DNA of 64,000 bases from Paraspadella gotoi (Eukaryota > Animalia > Chaetognatha), in NCBI GenBank assembly GCA_051294375.1, contig CM119271.1, positions 9,204,363 through 9,268,362 of the forward strand. Reading direction: 5' to 3'. Below are positions 18,537-32,756 of the stretch, in pieces (the first letter of the stretch is position 1; the number at the start of each line of letters is the position of its first letter). The notes below the pieces were generated by a model. It was given only the letters and a program-made list of their open reading frames with translations. It was not told the DNA's origin and did no database searches. The position numbers and the translations under genes are program-made.

Positions 18537-20177
18537 CATTAGTCTTGAACCATTCATTCCTCTATTTTCCGAGCACTTTCTTTCGTTCAAACGGGGCAAA
18601 GAAGAGCCCATCTTCAAAGTTTTTTCAAGTCAAGCTCGGAATGAAACTTTTGCGACAAGACGCCTCAGTTTTAAACCTAAAAAAATCAAGTAATTTTTAT
18701 TATTAATGTGAATTTATATTTTTTCTCATTCGCTGAATGATTTATCTCCTTTATTTTGTTCAAGAAAGGTGGTCTTTGATAAAAATTAATAATTGCTTAC
18801 AAATAAAATGCAATGGAGGAGGTGAGTTTTTATGAATGGTATTAATAAAGCTAGTTTATTAAAATGCATTTGAACCTAAAACCTTTGAACATAGTAAGAA
18901 TAATTAGAGATTAATACTTAATACTTAATAATAGCTTCCTATTGCTAGTATTACCGCAGAACAACTGCATACAGTTACATATTATGACAAGAGATGTCAG
19001 CACATGACCTTTTAAAACAAAATTCGATGTTCGAAAAAAACAAAAGACATCGACGCTTCCACGAGACAGCTGGCATCCACTTTGAGAATCATCAATCAAC
19101 TTTCCGTATTGACGTCGTAAACCATTTATTTCATAAACAGACTCTGGAAATGACTGGATTTTTCAATGTCGTTTGATTCGTTTACTAACTCAGCAGGTGG
19201 TCCTATTATTGAGTTGCCATTAAGGCTAACGGCTTTAAAGTTACAGCCAACTTGCATCTGACTAAATAGTAGTACTATGTTCGTGAGTCGTCCTGACCCA
19301 GGTTATTAGTTGTATGTGTCAAAAAATGTAGGTGAAAAAATTGGCTCGGATCTGAGCAACAGTCACCAAAGTTCCAAACACCAGTGCAACAGTCTGCCGT
19401 CCATGGAGTATTAAATGGATAAGGTGTGGCGGAAGCAAAGAGATGGGCAATTCTGAATGTCATGGCGGCGAATGCGACGGGGACGATGGACGAGCGAATG
19501 AAAGCGACAAAGGTGGAGATTAAAACGATGACGACGCCCAAGACGACGACAGATAAAAAACGAGGGATTTCGTCTTCCACGTCCGACAGCCCGTTTTTTT
19601 TTTCTCCCTTTTCTCTTCCGGTCCTTTTCGCGCCGCTCCACCCGGCGCGGCGGCGCCGCCATCCAAAGAGCCCTGGCGCCACCGTGGCGCCGAGGCGCTC
19701 GACAGACGTCGTCGTTCTTCTCCCCGCGGCGCCATTTGTTTTCATTCAACAAAAGTTTTGTAGCCATCCCCGCGCGGCGGCTCTGGCGACCACACTCGTT
19801 TTTTATAAACCCGCGCTCCAATCTCATTTGCATGTAGCGGCGATTAAAATCCGATTTAGACGTGGAGTGGGAGGAGTACGATGTGGATGAGGGGGAGGGG
19901 GAGGATGACGTAGAGGATGAGGGATGACGACGAAGAGGAGGAGAAAGTGAAAAGTAAAGGAGGAAGGGAAGGAGGAGGGAGAAAGGTGGTTGGGAGGAGA
20001 TTATGAGGAGGAAGAGGAGGAAGAAGAAGAGGAGGAACAGGATGAATAAAAGGAAGAAAGGGTCGTTAAAAAAAGAAAAAAAAACCCTTTCCGACGACAT
20101 CCGTCACGTGGAATGACGTTTGGTTCTTAACGCGAGCGCAACAAGTGATTTCGCGTCTCTCTCTCTCTCTCTCTCTA

Positions 20178-20240
<63 letters not shown>

Positions 20241-21421
20241 ACACGTCCGCCAGACTCGCCCTTTACGAGATTTTCGAGTTCGGTTTTTATATTTTTCGCT
20301 CTCCTTAAAAAAACAAAAACCCCGTTGACTACGAAAAGTCAGTTTTATTATTTTAAGCGAGAGAGAGCGACAGAGAGAGAGAGAGAGAGTATGAAAATGG
20401 GAGGAAAATGGGCGAGGATTACGACGAAGGCCGGCGATAATGGACGCGTTACGGCCGCGCGCTCGATTTAGTTCACGGTCAGGGTTTTTTTATTCCTTTT
20501 ATTATTTTTTATATATTTTTCGGTGAAAGGAGGAGGAGGAGAGGAGGAGGAGAGAGGAAGGTTTATCCGGCGATGGAACGAGAAATATCCATTCGACGCT
20601 CGATTTTTCCGGCGTCGTATTTCGGCTGTGAAAAGGTGGGGGGGGGAAGGAGGGGCGTTTCAGAATGAAAACAAAATTGGCAACTCACGTCGGGTCCTTC
20701 GGTGGCGAGAAAATTTGATCGGCTTTTTATGATCTTTTGATTCGGTTATGAATGTTGATTGTAGTCGTTTTGTAGTTTTTTGTGGGAGAGGGGGAGACTA
20801 AATCGTTGTGAAATTGGTACAACCAATGTAGAAATTATTCAGTAATTTAATAAATTTCCTATATCGCCCCTGACTATGGTTTTTGTACTTTGGAATTTGT
20901 AGTAGCGTCGTGCTCACGAAATCGTTTTCTATGTTGAATTTTTGAGATGCAGTAAAGATGCTTCTACTTTCATTTGGGTTTTCGTAGATGAATTAATCAT
21001 TCATTTTTTTTAAAGTTTAATTTTAAATATTCACAATTAAATTAATCATTCTTTTTAACTCGTTGTGCGTCGAAATTTAAAGCAAACTCTTCCTGCAATT
21101 TTAATTAATCATTGAAATCATTTATTTTTCTAAACATTTTTTTTTTAAGTTTCAACGTTTTTCGTCGTAAACGTTTTTTCGTCCTCACCGTTCTTCGTCG
21201 TGACCCGTTTCTCATTTTCGCCTTCGCAAATTTCTTTTTTTTTATTTTCTCTTTTTCGGGCGACTTTTTTTTCAAAGTCTTAAACTCCGAAAGTCCGAAA
21301 AGAAATCAGATGTGATGGATGGAACGAGAAATTTAATGGACGGAGACCTCGGGGGGAGGAGAGAGAGAGAGAGAGAGAGAGAAGAGAGAGAAGAGAGAGA
21401 GAGGAGAGAGAGAGAGAGAGA

Positions 21422-21460
<39 letters not shown>

Positions 21461-22289
21461 TCTTAGGTTAACGAACTTTTAAGGCTTTTCGCACTTTAGT
21501 TGAAGAGCGGGAAGAGGGTGAGTAGAATCGGGAGGGTTGAGGGTAAGTAAGAAATGAGTGAAAAGGTGAGTTTTCGGTTAAAAATATCGGAGGAACGAAC
21601 GAAATTGTTTACTGCCAGTCTGCCTGCCTCTTTTCGTTCCAAATATCCTATACGGTTCTGCCGATAATTTAATTTAATTCATGTAGTTTATGTGGATCAA
21701 GTATTACGCCGTCCAAAAAGGCGCTATAAGGGGACAGTTTCAACTGCGCCCTCTTTCTGTTCACGAAAACTGCAAGGAAATGGCCCGCGTAATATCTCAT
21801 GTGGATAAAGCGCTGAAGACTACTATCCGTAACTTCCATGGCCCCTCAGCATCCATGGAGCGGGTCCTGGGCTTGGAACCAGGCTTGAGGGTTTTCCAGG
21901 CCCTCGAGGCGGTGAACGGGCGTCCGCACGCTTTCCGCAGGGTAGGTACCGGGTGGGATTCAACCGATACCTAGTGATCATGAGCCACCGGGTCACAACT
22001 GAAGGTGCCGTGCTTACAGCCGGGGTGAACTTTAGGCAATTCCCGACGACATATATAAATCTCTCTATTTTCAAAAACAAGGAACCAGGAATGGTAACAA
22101 ATCAGACGGCCAGGCCGACATGCCTGACTTCCCAGTCGCCTGGCGCCTGACGTCTCCTTTCATTCCGAAAAAACAAATCTAAGTAGAAAATCTTCGCCAT
22201 ATCTTTTTTTTTCTCTTCTCCATCTGGACGAGGGAGACCCGCAGGTTCTTTTTTTTTACTTCCGGTCACGTGATCTCGTTTACGTCGGG

Positions 22290-22994
22290 AGGCGACGACG
22301 ATGACAAAGACGACGACGAAAAAGACGAGGATGAAGACGATAGCGACGACTAAGTAGAAAACGTAGACGACGATAACGACGACTATGTAGACAAAGAAGA
22401 AGACGATAACGACGACGAACGACGACGAGGACGACAACGACGAACGACGACAATGATGAAAGATGACAACGATGACGATATCAACTAAGGTCGAAGACGA
22501 CGATAACGATGACGATAACGACGACGACGAACGACATAACAAAGTCTTTGTTTTCCTCTTTTTACGACCATCGAATCTTTAATCAAATTCCTTTCTATTT
22601 TCTCTCTTTTTTTTTCCTTTTCCTTCCCGATCGAATCTCCCGCATCCCGTCCTCCATCAGATTCCTTCATTCTCCATCATCGACACCCTCTCTATCTCGC
22701 TATCTTTCTCCATCCACTTTTTTTCTTTCTACATTCGCCATTTCTACCTCTGACTTTCTCATTATTTCCTCTTATCACTTTCCCAAATCTTACTTCCCCC
22801 TTCCTCTCGGCTCCGACCTCCCGCGAGATTTCCAGAAATTATTTGAAATTCCATCTCCTTTGCATGCATGGTGTGTTTCCTCCTCCTCTTCCTCCTCCTC
22901 CTCCGTTCTCCTCCCCCTCTCTCTCCGTATTCTTCTCTCCCCCCCGTCGTGCTAATGTCTGGTTGATGCCTTCGTAAACTTGCGAAAAAAAGAG

Positions 22995-23067
<73 letters not shown>

Positions 23068-23501
23068 GTTTTTCGCGGCGTCAGCGCCGACGGTTGCGTC
23101 GTGTCATCATCGCCGTTATCTTTCGTCATCTCTGTCATCTTTGTCAGTAAAAGTCACGCATTTTTGTTTGATCACAAACGAAAAAAGAAAATCAGTCGTG
23201 ATTGGAGTCGTTGTTGTCGACCAGATAATCGAGGCTTCCTCCAACTGTTGCACAAGATTCACGCGGTGATTGTGAGACATTTAAAGTGTCACTGCGGTCA
23301 TCGCCCTCGTCCCAGAGGTCGTCGTCCTTGTCGTCGTCGTCGTCGTCGTTGTAGTCGTAGCTTTCGTTGTCATGGTAACCGACATCGTCACAGCTATTGT
23401 CGTCGTTTTCGTCGTCGTCGCCGTCTTCGTTGTTGTCGTCATCGTCGTCATGTTATCCAAGAAAGTGCCTCGTATTTTTCGTCCCCGCCTTCTTGTCATC
23501 G

Positions 23502-23542
<41 letters not shown>

Positions 23543-23545
23543 TCC
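22290..23545. repeat. Degenerate (GAC)n tract (22290-22540) and complementary (GTC)n tract (23310-23545)
   Basis: Trinucleotide repeats visible directly. Confidence 0.8.
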
Positions 23546-24513
23546 GTCTTACGTCTTTCNNNNNNNNNNNNNNNNNNNNNNNNNNNNNNNNNNNNNNNNN
23601 NNNNNNNNNNNNNNNNNNNNNNNNNNNNNNNNNNNNNNNNNNNNNNNNNNNNNNNNNNNNNNNNNNNNNNNNNNNNNNNNNNNNNNNNNNNNNNNNNNNN
23701 NNNNNNNNNNNNNNNNNNNNNNNNNNNNNNNNNNNNNNNNNNNNNNNNNNNNNNNNNNNNNNNNNNNTTTTTTTTTCTAGGCATTTCTGAGAAATGCGTT
23801 CGAAATCGGGAGAAGAAAAAACCTGTTGATAAAATTTTATGGGACGAACGTGAGGAGGAGGAGGAGGAGGAGGAGGTAACAGCAAGGGGGAAGATAAGAG
23901 GAAGTGAAGGGTAGGAGATAGAAAAGAAGAGGAGAGGAAGAAAGGGACAGCAAGAAGAGGGATGAAGGAGAAAAGAGATAGAAAAGAGAAGCAAAGGGAG
24001 AAAAACAAGAACGAAAATTCAACGCGGTGTTGCTCCGCAGAGACTTTCTTCGCCGTTCTTTTATTTTTTATAGTTTTTTTTTGAGATTTCCTGAAGGTGG
24101 GGCTAGCAGTCGCTAATATGAATGTAAGTGAGAAGAAGCATACAGACGCGACCGACGAGAGGACCGAAAAGTGTCTCATAGAGTTGCTCCTTGAGTGGGA
24201 GGAGGATTAGAGAGAGAAAGGAAGGGAGGAAGAAGGCGTGTTTGAGGCGTGATCACTGAGCGCTAAGCAGGTGTGGACGAAGAATGTTATAAAAATGAGA
24301 GTTATTAGCAATTCATCAATAGCTATTTATTTATAGTAAGTTGGTCGATTGAATCTATACAGATATAAGGATTAAGTATAAAGGCGGAGAAAAACGGAGA
24401 GATAAAAAAGCGAACTAAGAAGAAACCTTAAGTAATAAAAGGAAAGAAATAAGTAAATTTTTATTTTTTTTTGTCTTTCTTGTTTCCTTCTCTTCCCCCA
24501 TATCCATATATAA

Positions 24514-26400
24514 TGCAAATTTCAATCCTGTGCAAATTTATTCTGTTGCAAATTCATCTGGTTTCAAATATTCTGTGCAAAATTCCTTCTGTGCAATTCA
24601 CCTCCTGTGCAAATTCATTCAGCTTGCAAAAGGTTATTCCTTTTCCAAAATCGTTTCTGTTGCGCAAATGTATCTACTGTACAAATGTAATTCATATTTG
24701 TTCTTGAACAAACTGTGTTCCTGTGGCAAATGCATTCCAGTGCAAATTTTTTCGCTGGTGGCAAATTGCTATTCCTGAGCAAATAGTTTCCTGTTGCAAT
24801 GTAATTTTGGTACAAATGCATTCTGTGCAAAATGTATTCTGTGCATGTGTTTCCTGTCATAAGTGCTCCTGCTGCAAAAACATTTTCTTAGTGAACAATT
24901 GCATTCCTGTACAAATTATTCCTGAGCAAAATTCATTCTGTACAGAAATTTATCCTATCTAATCTCATTACCTAATGGCAAAATTTATCCTGTGCAAATT
25001 CAATTCCTGGTGCAAAATTTATTCCTGTTGCAAATTATTTCTGTAGAGTTCAAAATTCATTCCCTGTGCAAATCTTAATCCTGTGCAAATTCAATCCTGT
25101 GCAAATTCTTCTCATTACAAATGGTATTCCTCGGTAACCAATTAATTCTGTCCAAATTATCTTCTTTCAAAAATCGTATTCCTGTGCAAATTACTTACTG
25201 GGTAAAAAATTCATTCCTGTGCTAAGTTCATTCTGAGTCAAGAATCGATTTGGGCACAAGGAATGCATTTTTCCATCGGAATGAACTTATGCACTGGTAA
25301 ATGAATTTGCACAGGAACTGAACCTTGTACAAGACATGAATGTTGCACCAGCGAATAAATTTTGCACAGGAATACTTTTGAAAGGAACAAATTTATCAAA
25401 GGTTGAAATTTGACAGGAAAAATTTGCAACAGGATCAATTTGCAACAGGAATACATTTGCTAAAGGAAGAATTTGCACTAGGCAATGAATTTGAACGGAA
25501 CGAATTTTGCACTGGAATGAATTAGGCAAGAATAAATTTGCACAGGAACTGAATTTGCACAGGAATTAGTTGATCAAGAATACATTTGGTAAGAATAATA
25601 ATTTGTAGCAGAATTACATTTTGCACGAGAATACATTTGTAACAGAAATACTGTTTGCAAAGGATTGATTGCACAGATAATGCCATTTGCAAGAAAATGT
25701 TTTATACAGGCATAAATTTGAACAAGAATGCACTTCTGCCACAGGAATACTTTGCTCTGGAACTTTTATGCAAGGGATAACTTTACAACAGAATGAATCT
25801 GCACAGGATCTGAATTTGCCCAAAGGAAAATGAATTTGCAAACAAGAATGTATTTGCAGCACGGCAATAAATTTTCACAGGATTGAATTTGCACAGGAAT
25901 GAATTTTGTAGAGGAATGAATTTGCACAGGAATGAATTTGCATAGGAATGATTTGCACACAGCGAATAAATTTGCACAGGATAACCATTGCACAGGAATG
26001 AATTTGCATAGGAATGAATTGTTGCACAGGACATTAAATTTGCACAGGAATAGCATTTGCAACAAAATTTATTCCTGTGCAAATGTCATTCCTGTTAAAA
26101 TTTATTACTGTGCAAATTTTATTTCTCTGCAAATTCATTCCCTGTGCAAATTCAATCCTGTGCAAATTTAATTCCTGTGCAAATTCAATCTGAGTTAAAA
26201 TTCCAATTCTCTGTGGCAAATTCATTCTTGTGCAAATTCAATCCTGTGCAAATCATTTCCTGTCGCAAATTCAATCCTGTGAAAATTTATTCCTGTGGGC
26301 AACATTCATTCCCCGTGAAAAATACCATCCTGTGCAAATCTTAATTCGCTATGCAAATTCTTCCCGTGTGCAAATTCATTCCCTGTGCAAAAAAATTCTT
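24514..26400. repeat. Degenerate ~16-17 bp satellite (consensus AATTCATTCCTGTGCA) in three blocks of alternating orientation
   Basis: Forward ~24514-25235, reverse (TTTGCACAGGAATGAA) ~25240-26062, forward ~26063-26400. Confidence 0.9.
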
Positions 26401-26479
26401 CCTTTCAAATGTAATTACTGGCGCACCCAATCTTTTATAAGCTAAGTATAGGTTAATTTTTGTAGTTGAAAATTAAGTA

Positions 26480-26710
26480 GGAGGTTAGGGTTAAGTGTGA
26501 GGTTAGGACATAATCGGTGAATCAAAGGTTACAATTTATGTAAGGCTTTAGGGTTAAAGGTTTTAGGAACTCAGGGTTTAAGGTTAGGGTCAGAAATTAA
26601 ACCTTTAGGGATAAAGCTTAGGGTTAAGGTCCAGAATTAGTAAGGTGATTTGAGATTAGGTTTAGGGATTAAGGGTTATGGATTAAGTAAGTTTAAAATA
26701 TGGTTAAGGT
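26480..26710 (+). repeat. Degenerate TTAGGG/TTAAGG-like interstitial repeat
   Basis: Repeated ggttagggttaag, tttagggttaaagg, ttagggat and ttaaggtt variants directly after the satellite. Confidence 0.6.
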
Positions 26711-26814
26711 TCATATTATGAAAACAAATTGCCCGAATTTTTATATAAGCCTTAAAATTTAATGAAAAAACATTTAAATACTCTACATAATCACAGGTTA
26801 AAGTAGTCATTATG

Positions 26815-28360
26815 TTGGGTACCTTGGGTAACGAGCTCTCTTTGATTTCTGAAAAGTATTGGTTCTAACCCTGGTATCTTTTCTTTAATGTTTACAGGCT
26901 AAACGTTCGATTCCCCGCGGTAGTATTTTTTAAAATTTAAGAATATTATTAAGAAAGTAGGATTTCGCCATAGTTTATTAAACCTACTAAATTGATGTAC
27001 TTAAAATAAAGAGAAATTTAAAATAAAAAAAGAATAATATTTTCTTGATAGTCTTTTAAACCAACGCGTAATTCAAGTAAAAGGGTTATGGGTTATAAAT
27101 TTGAAATATGTTAAGGTCATAATAACGTTGTATTGTTGGTAAATTGGTAAAAGGCCCTTCCTTTGATATGAAGGTTGCTGTTCTAAATACCCTGTGCAAC
27201 GTTTTTATTTTTATAAATGGCCAAAAGGCTGGAACGTTCGAATTCCAATGGTAGTATTCTTTAAACCAATTCAAACAAAAACAATATATAAATACAAATA
27301 TTGATATTAATTGAAGAGTGAGGTGTTGGCCAATACATACTAAACATAATGAAATTGTATACCAGAAATAAAAATTTATCGAATAGTAATTAGATTCCTC
27401 TTTACGCTTTTTAATAAAATCTTCCTTCAAATTAATAAAACTTTAAAAAAACTAAAACAAAACCCAAATGGTATCATTTTATTAGTGTTTGTATTTGTTT
27501 TGATGCCTGAGTTTTTGTCTTTCAGAAATATATTGTCAAAAATAGGGCGCCAAAAAATATCTCTAAAACTATTAAAATTAAGTTTCTCTTCTACACAAAC
27601 TAAAACTTTCAATGGATTGCGATCAAATTGGTAACATTTTACTAGCCAAAAAAACGATCATTTGTTGGTACTTGGTAACAAGCTTCTTTTGAATTGAAAA
27701 CATGAAGGGAGCTGATTCAAACCCTGTGATTGTTCTCATTTTTTTCTTTTATGGCCAAAGCTTGACGTTCGAATTCCCGTAATAATATGTTTTAAAATTT
27801 AAGCAGAAAAAAAAATAATATATAAAATAAAAACTGATACATATTATTAAGAAGTAGGGGGCCAATAATCTACTTAACTAATCATTGTATACAGAAATAG
27901 AAATTATGTAGCATTATGATATCTCCTTTACACCTTTCTAATAAATCATCCATTCAAAATATAAAACTTAAAAAACTAATAATCCCCAATGGTATCACTT
28001 TATATAAGTGTTTGTATCACTTTTGATGTCTGACGTTTTTGGTCTTTCAGAATATATTGTCAAAATAAGGGCCGCCAAAAACTATTCTGCACACTATTAA
28101 ACATAGTTTCTTTTTTCATAAAACTCAAAACTCAAATGGAAATCATATTCATCAATATAAAATTTAAAAAAACTAACCAATCCCCAAATGATATCACGTT
28201 TTATATAGTGTTTTTTTATTCATTTCTGATGGCGCGCGCACGTTTTTGGTCTTTCAGAATATATTGTCAAAAAAATAAGGAGCGCCAAAATATTCTAAAA
28301 ACTATTAAAATAGGTTTCTCTCTCATACAAACTCAAAACTTTAAATGGATGGATCAATTG
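26815..28360. repeat. Degenerate tandem array of ~300-530 bp AT-rich units
   Basis: ggtacttggtaa..accctg..acgttcgaattcc recurs near 26815, 27135 and 27665; aaaactaa..cccaaatggtatca..tctttcagaatatattgtcaaaatagggcgccaaaa recurs near 27450, 27970 and 28170. Confidence 0.8.
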
Positions 28361-31300
28361 TACTTTTTTCTAACCAGTAAATATCGTCACTGCAGTACTT
28401 CCAAAATTTCGACATAGGAAGGTCTCGTCACACTCTGTCGGAGCAAGGTCCACAGAATGTCGGCAAATCACAAGTGACAATTCGCAAGCGTGGTCACCAA
28501 GTCGTCAGCATGCAGAAGGAAGCATTTGGTGTGACCGTCACGATGGAAGGAAGATATTGTGTGACATAGTCACTCACGGTCAGCACTCTTCAGCCAATCA
28601 GAGTCGGCGCATGCATATAGGCAGAAAATAATATTCATTCCTTTCTTTCTTTCTTTCTTTCTTTCTTCTTCTTTCTCTTTCTTCTCTTTCTTATCTTCAT
28701 CCTTTCTTACTTATTCTTTTCTTTCTTTCTTCAGTCTTTCTTTCTTTCCTTTTCCGGTTAATTTTCTTCCTTCCTTTTCCCCTCAGTCTCTCCTCTCTCT
28801 CTCTCTCTCGGTCTCTCTCTTCTCATCGTCTTCCTCGCCCTTTCTCTCGTCTCTCCTCCATCCTCGTTCTCTCTCTCTCTTCTCCGATTTCAATCTCCCT
28901 CTTTCAAACTCTTTCGTTTTNNNNNNNNNNNNNNNNNNNNNNNNNTTTTTTTTCACTCTCTGATTCAACGTTTTTTCCCGACCTTTGATTTCGCCGAGAC
29001 TCACAGACCCAGTCACCCTGGTGGGAGAAAAGATGAATGGAAGGAAGGAGAGCAGGAAAAGAAGGAATGAAATGAAAAAAGAAAGAAAGAAATTACGAAA
29101 GAAAGAAAGAAGAAAGAAGAGAAAAAAGGGGAAAAAAATTTGCGACAAACATCGGTTTAAGTTTTAAAAAAAAAACCGTTGCTTGTAAACTTGTGATGAA
29201 CTTGTGAATAAAAGAGACCGCGAGAGAGTCTTGAAAATTCCTGCTTTGTCATTATCTTGTAAGAGTGATGGAGGTGATGACCTGTCAAAATGAATGAATG
29301 AATGGATAATTTTTACGTTGGTTTAAAAAAAGTTTAAAAAATAAAGTAAACAGAGAAAGAAAAAAATGTAACAAATTAAGAAACAAGGAACCAAGATTAC
29401 ATTTCCTGGAGCAAGAAACAAAACAGAAAAAAAAAATTTCTGGAGCAAGAAACAAAACAGAAAAAAAAAACATTTCCTGGACCAAGAAACAAAACAGAAA
29501 AAAAAACAGAAACCTGCAAGCAAGAGAGCTAAAAAAATTAGATGAAGAAAAAAAAAGAAAAAGAAAGAAGAAAATGAAAAAAGAAAAAAGTCAAAAAAGT
29601 CAAAAAGTAAAAGGAAAATATGGAATGAAAATTCCATTCCATCTCCTCGTCTCATCCTTCACCTTTCCACCGCCTCCCCCCCTCTCCACCATCCTAGCGT
29701 CCGGAGTGACATCTGTCGCGAGGATCCAGCAGGATAAACCACTCGAATGACCGGCACCCTACCACTAAAACGCTAGCCACCCTCACTATGGGCTCTCCGC
29801 GCAAGCCACTACACCTTAATCTCCGCTTGATCCAAGCGCCCCAACTTCAACCCGCTCAGGAAATCCTCGTTGAAATTGTCTGGCAGCACAGTGTTGACAA
29901 AAATTATGGGAGTTTGGCCGTCGGGCCGCTAGTCGAGGCGGCGGGGCGGGCCGCTGTCGAGGCCGGCGGTCGGGCGGCGGTCGATGGGCGCCCTGAGGAC
30001 GGGGCCGGGAAAAAAAAAAAGACGCCGGATGAGAAGGATGAGCGACGGCTTGGCAGTTTGGGAATTATGTACTTCTTTCTCTCTCTCTCTCTCTTCCTCA
30101 TTTCGANNNNNNNNNNNNNNNNNNNNNNNNNCTCGGGGAGGTCAGGTACGTGAGTAAGTTCTGGACAAAGGATAAGTGGCTGGGTGAGGAAGAAAAAAGC
30201 TGAAGCTGGAGAATTCAGAGGAATTTTGTTCTCTTCGTTCATTCGTTCGTTCGTTAGTTTATTCACTCCTTCATTCATTCATTCGTTCATTCATTCATTC
30301 ATTCANNNNNNNNNNNNNNNNNNNNNNNNNNNNNNNNNNNNNNNNNNNNNNNNNNNNNNNNNNNNNNNNNNNNNNNNNNNNNNNNNNNNNNNNNNNNNNN
30401 NNNNNNNNNNNNNNNNNNNNNNNNNNNNNNNNNNNNNNNNNNNNNNNNNNNNNNNNNNNNNNNNNNNNNNNNNNNNNNNNNNNNNNNNNNNNNNNNNNNN
30501 NNNNNNNNNNNNNNNNNNNNNNNNNNNNNNNNNNNNNNNNNNNNNNNNNNNNNNNNNNNNNNNNNNNNNNNNNNNNNNNNNNNNNNNNNNNNNNNNNNNN
30601 NNNNNNNNNNNNNNNNNNNNNNNNNNNNNNNNNNNNNNNNNNNNNNNNNNNTTTTTCTCCCAAAACAATTTTTTTTTGTTCCATCAAATTTCATTTTTTT
30701 TTCGCGATTCCGAAAAAAAATGACGACGAAATCGTTTTTTTATTTTTATTTATGATTCTTAATTCCATTTTGGCTTTTTTAAAAAAATATAAATAATAAT
30801 GGGTTTAAAAATGAGGATGTATTTTAAAAGAACAAAAGCTATGAAATTTCTTTCCCGTGGGAAAGGAAAGAAGAAAAAGGGAAATATTAATAATAAAAAA
30901 AAAGAGATAAGAAAGAAATTTTGAGTTGTTAAAACCAATAGAATAATTTAAAAATGAATCATTTTGAAATGATAATAACGTTAAAAAGATAATGAAAAAA
31001 AAAACGATATTAGCGAAAATGGAATTGGAAAGGCGATATTTAATTTGTCTTCATCGGTTCTAAAAGCCCGGGAGAATTGAATAAGGAAGAGATAAACAAA
31101 AGGACAGCGGCGGAGATGGAAAGAAAATATTAATCTAGGTTTAGGGAGAGGAAGGGAGGAAGGGAGGGAGAAAAGATGGTATAAAAATAAAGGAAAGAAA
31201 GATGGCGGAGGGATAGAAAAAAGGGAGGAAAGGAGAAAGAAAAAAAAATGAGAAAGTGAAAGGGAGAGAGTGAAGTAGAGAGAGAGAGGATGAAAGGAGG

Positions 31301-31421
31301 GAGGAAGGGCGAGAGAAAGAGTAAAAGGGTAGGAGAGACAAAGAAAGGGAGGCAGGAGGAAAGAGAAAAAAGGCAGTTGGAGAGGAGGGAGAATGAAGGA
31401 GTGAGAGAAAGTAAAAAAGTT

Positions 31422-31464
<43 letters not shown>

Positions 31465-32756
31465 ATTTGATTTGATTTGATTTATTATGCTCAAAATGTG
31501 AAAATTTAACACAGTAACAATGCAGTTGTTAATGAGCTTTACATATATATGTATGTACACATTATTTAAAGAAATGTAAATAAATTAGCTAAAAAATTAC
31601 AAAGTGGACTAACTATATACATAGTTAGTGTTTACACATAGATCCCTTTCCTTTTTTAACGGAATAAATATCATCTAATTTTAATTTATCAATACAAATT
31701 TTACGATAATTTACAAGAATTTTACGTGAATTTTTACTAGAATAAACTAGAGAGTCTTTATTTAAAGCTTACAGGGTCCAGGGGTCCTGCTATCGCCTAT
31801 TCAAAGTCAACGGGCAAGAAAGTTTAATTATTGAGTGAATGAATAATTCTTATATTGCTTGTACCAATGTCCAATTTCATTTAAAAATGAGTCTTTCCTT
31901 TCTTCTTCCGCAAAATCTCGGATGAGCTTAGCTTCAGGGAAGAAGAAGGTGGGTCGGGGTGAGGTGATGATGGTTCCATAAGGATTGGAGGGTGAGGACC
32001 GAGGGCGGTGACTCACTGAAAAGAAGGAAAATTGAAAAAACACGACGCCCCCCCNNNNNNNNNNNNNNNNNNNNNNNNNNNNNNNNNNNNNNNNNNNNNN
32101 NNNNNNNNNNNNNNNNNNNNNNNNNNNNNNNNNNNNNNNNNNNNNNNNNNNNNNNNNNNNNNNNNNNNNNNNNNNNNNNNNNNNNNNNNNNNNNNNNNNN
32201 NNNNNNNNNNNNNNTTCGCAATGGCAGTCGACGTCGGATTTCGTGTCTCTCTCTCAAACGGCGAAAAACGGGTTTTTGATGACGGAAGAATTTTGGGTTT
32301 AAAAGCTGAAGAGAAGTGACCTCTTACTCTCTTTCCTTGTCGAACTTTGGGTGGGCTCTNNNNNNNNNNAGAGAGAGACGCCACGCGAATCGTAACTGGA
32401 AATGACACTGAGCGTTATTAATCAATACGATTTTAATTAATCAAAAAAACTTGTTCGCATTTTTAAGCTCGAGCAAAAATCGATTATCATTTAATTCGAT
32501 TATGAAAAATGAACAAATGTACAATCGTGTACAATTACTAATATAAAATATGAATATGAATAAAAATTAATCAGGCACTTGAAAATCAAAACAAAAAAAA
32601 NNNNNNNNNNNNNNNNNNNNNNNNNNNNNNAAAAAAAACTCGGGATCGAAATCCGATCAAATTTTTTTTTCCGCCTCGAAAATTAAAATTTCCCTTTTAA
32701 TTCGCGGATGAAAATTTAATTTCCTAGATTTCAATATTTTTTTTTCCCGCAGTCGC

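Noticed and set aside
21690-21974. ORF starting KYYAVQKG, reminiscent of the RNase H1 hybrid-binding domain
   Set aside because: The downstream W..C..V..F pattern is missing; the ~500-bp island remains unidentified.
24001-24190. Patchy similarity to 35495-35560
   Set aside because: Short, gap-adjacent and noisy; most likely a small repeat or assembly redundancy.
24514-26400. Regular short repeats as a CRISPR array or Cys-rich protein gene
   Set aside because: No unique spacers, eukaryotic context, and the ORFs are short in all frames.
26480-26710. True telomere
   Set aside because: Highly degenerate and internal to the scaffold.
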